Assembly (NCBI GenBank): GCA_964035545.1
Contig: CAXIUT010000102.1
Location: 1-30,915, forward strand
Reading direction: 5' to 3'
Source of the DNA: Bugula neritina
Lineage: Eukaryota; Animalia; Bryozoa
Length of the DNA: 30,915 nt
Both the position numbers and the translations under genes were made by a program. Below the pieces are notes generated by a model. That model was not told where the DNA came from. It ran no database searches and worked only from the letters and a program-made list of their open reading frames with translations. How positions within the stretch are numbered: position 1 is the first letter of the stretch; each line of letters begins with the position of its first letter. Below, in pieces: positions 28,758-30,915 of this stretch.

Positions 28758-30665
28758 TCATGTATTAAAATCTTTGGTAAATGATTATTATCGCTGCTAG
28801 CTGGGATGTTAGCTTTGTCTTTGCTTTAATATTAGTTTTTGGATATTTTTATTTGTAAAAATACTTGCATTTTCATAAAAGGCATCATCTAGCTGTTAAA
28901 TCTAGTTATTGTTATGACCATATTCTTCATTTTTTAATGACTTTTTAGAAGAAACTCTATCGTAAACAACCTTTTTCTATTTCTTCTCAGCCTTGCTTTT
29001 AGCTGAACTGACTCTTTTGTTAGTATTTGAACTAATAAACGACATTTGGTTTTGTCCTGATCTACTCATTACATCATTCTATCTACCTTATTTTGCTACT
29101 CTTGAATTATTTTTCTGATTCTACTTCTATAATTTTTTTGCCTTTTCCTTAGCTTTAGGCGGCTAAAAATAATTTTGATAAGTTAATTCTTTGGATATAG
29201 GTTTCGGGAACATTAGAGAGCAATTTCCTTATATTTTTTGAGAACCATTAAATAGCTAGACAGCAAAATCATAATATTTTTTATAATTGTTGAACTGTTC
29301 TTAATCCAACATAAATATTTTAGTATATTTTCCTAAATTATGAGATTCATATTAATTTCTCTTTTTAGCTTCTTCTTTAAAATACAAATTTCTTTATTAA
29401 GGAGTATATTTTTTTCTTTTTCCAGAAAACATTCTCTCTTGAATTTCTTTGTCTCTTTTAACTTTCATTTATTTTTTCCATTTCTAACTAGCATTTACCA
29501 AATTGAGCGTATCAGAAATGAGATTTTTCTTTATATATCTATCTAGGGGAGTATCAGCTGTAAAACTGGGAGTGTAGTTAATTTAGATAAGATAAGGAGT
29601 CAATTTATGATCAATCATAACATCAAATCCCAATATTTAAAAGCACATATCGTTACCGAAATTGTCAGGATGCACATTAGTAACAGAAGCACTAAGAGTA
29701 GGATATCCAGTAATAATAGTCTTAACTAAAAGATCATTTATTTTCTATTTCAACTATTCCACATTATGACCCTATTACTTCAATGTTTTATAAATAGAGG
29801 TCAATGATCTCTTATGTCCAATATTCATGTTTTACACATTTTAGTTAAAAACAAAATTGGGACTATCTTTGTTGATAGCGTAGTTAGTCAGGTGCATAAA
29901 TTTGTTATCAAGATTCTATGATCTGGGAGGCTTGTACTACTAAGTTGCAAATCTAGCCAATCCCTACTCATACACAAATATCCTCAAAGGATCTATTCCT
30001 GATATCAAAACGTATATCCTCATATCGAATTTTAAGTTATCGATCAAATAAGGCTTATGCATATACCTCTGAACCACGCATCTGTCATATTTTATTTCTT
30101 TATTAAAGCAAAAATACTATCGATGTTGCGAGTGAGATAGATTCCACGACCTTGGCAACTTGCTTAGGGTTTAACAATGAAAGTTTGGGCTTTTCCTTGT
30201 TGACGGCATTCGTGGTAGGATAAGAGGTCAGGGTAGTCACTAGGAAGACTCCATGTAATTGGAAAAAAATCATACTATCCAGGAAATTTCTTTCTGAATT
30301 GCATCAGGCCCATGCCTAGGTTATTTTTTCTTGAAAGTATGCCCATTCCTAAGTAATTAAGGAGAAACCTGGATAGTGATTAATTTTTTGATGAGGTTGC
30401 ATACGTGCAAAGAAATCAGTCTTGACATGGTTATCAGTCCAGCAGATATCGAAGTTGAGGTTGAGGATAGAATCAGTTTGCATCCACCATTTATGTTTTT
30501 TTGCGATATGTTTGACAACAGCGTATTGAGTTTCTTAATAACTGAAAGCGTACAACTAACGTTGATGATCATTTTATGTTTTTTTGTAGTAAATTGATTT
30601 TTATAGGTAGCACTGCGAATGTTATCAGTAAAAGTGCCATCGAATGAGTCGTCCAGCTTATTCAT
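28758..30665 (-). CDS. Tubulin polyglutamylase, TTLL6/TTLL13-like (615 aa); 20-nt introns 30534-30553, 30349-30368, 30098-30117
   Basis: Motifs FDICWTD, QKINHYPGMGILSRKNNL, FIVKPEASCQGRGIYL, KFDMRIYVL, EGLARFATEEY, HLTNYAINK, CFEILGFDVMID and LIEINYTPSF. The frame closes exactly after removing three 20-mers. Confidence 0.95.
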
Positions 30666-30758
30666 TCAAAAGAAAGTCGATAATTTAAATATTTAATAAC
30701 AAACTATTTATCTTATGGTTTAAAATCAACTGCCCAATCCATCCAGAATACTATATCG

Positions 30759-30821
30759 ATCAATCAATCAATCAATCAAAATATTACCCATTAATCAATC
30801 AAAATATTACCCATTAATCAA
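30759..30821 (+). repeat. Subtelomeric (ATCA)n run plus 2 x 23-bp tandem duplication (ATCAATCAAAATATTACCCATTA)
   Basis: Copies at 30771-30793 and 30794-30816, with a partial third copy ending just before the telomere. Confidence 0.88.
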
Positions 30822-30825
30822 CTAA

Positions 30826-30915
30826 GGGGTTGGGGTTGGGGTTGGGGTTGGGGTTGGGGTTGGGGTTGGGGTTGGGGTTGGGGTTGGGGTTGGGGTTGGG
30901 GTTGGGGTTGGGTGG
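30826..30915 (+). repeat. Terminal telomere (GGGGTT)n, macronuclear chromosome end
   Basis: 90 bp of Tetrahymena-type G4T2 at the 3' end of the window, with the G-rich strand running toward the terminus. Confidence 0.97.

Noticed and set aside
5652-30166. Standard ciliate code (UAR=Gln) or a split code (UAA=Lys, UAG=Glu)
   Set aside because: Both TAA and TAG occupy invariant Glu positions, including sites where the paralog has GAA.
8425-30665. Functional cytoskeletal gene cluster (two TTLLs, EML, calpain)
   Set aside because: These families are highly expanded in ciliates, and the two halves are probably not truly linked.
30908-30915. Variant telomere repeat TTGGGTGG
   Set aside because: It is a single deviation at the extreme sequence edge, most likely a base-calling error.

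Overview
This is an AT-rich, very gene-dense ciliate macronuclear sequence. The supplied ORF track is misleading because TAA and TAG are sense codons here. At invariant or catalytic positions both read as Glu rather than Gln (peritrich-type code, NCBI table 30), and TGA is the only stop. Retranslation gives about 15 protein genes: a CHD6-9-like remodeller with C-terminal PHD fingers, U1-C, R2R3-Myb, an MFS transporter, two TTLL6/13-like glutamylases, a B-box/LRR protein, an EF-hand calpain, a RING/TRAF-zinc-finger protein, NOP4/RBM28, a 2300-aa myristoyl/EF-hand EML5/6-like protein, STI1/HOP and three unknowns. The most striking pattern is the introns. Ten are exactly 20 nt, and all ten have an A at position -6 inside a T-N-A-Y motif, recalling the tiny introns of Stentor. 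There are two (GGGGTT)n tracts, one terminal (30826-30915) and one internal (15175-15254). The internal tract abuts the middle of a gene and probably joins two chromosome ends (likely chimera). Bases 1 to ~12.7 kb carry many single-base indels, while the genes from 12.7 kb onward are frame-perfect. All calls are by manual translation and motif recognition, with no database searches.
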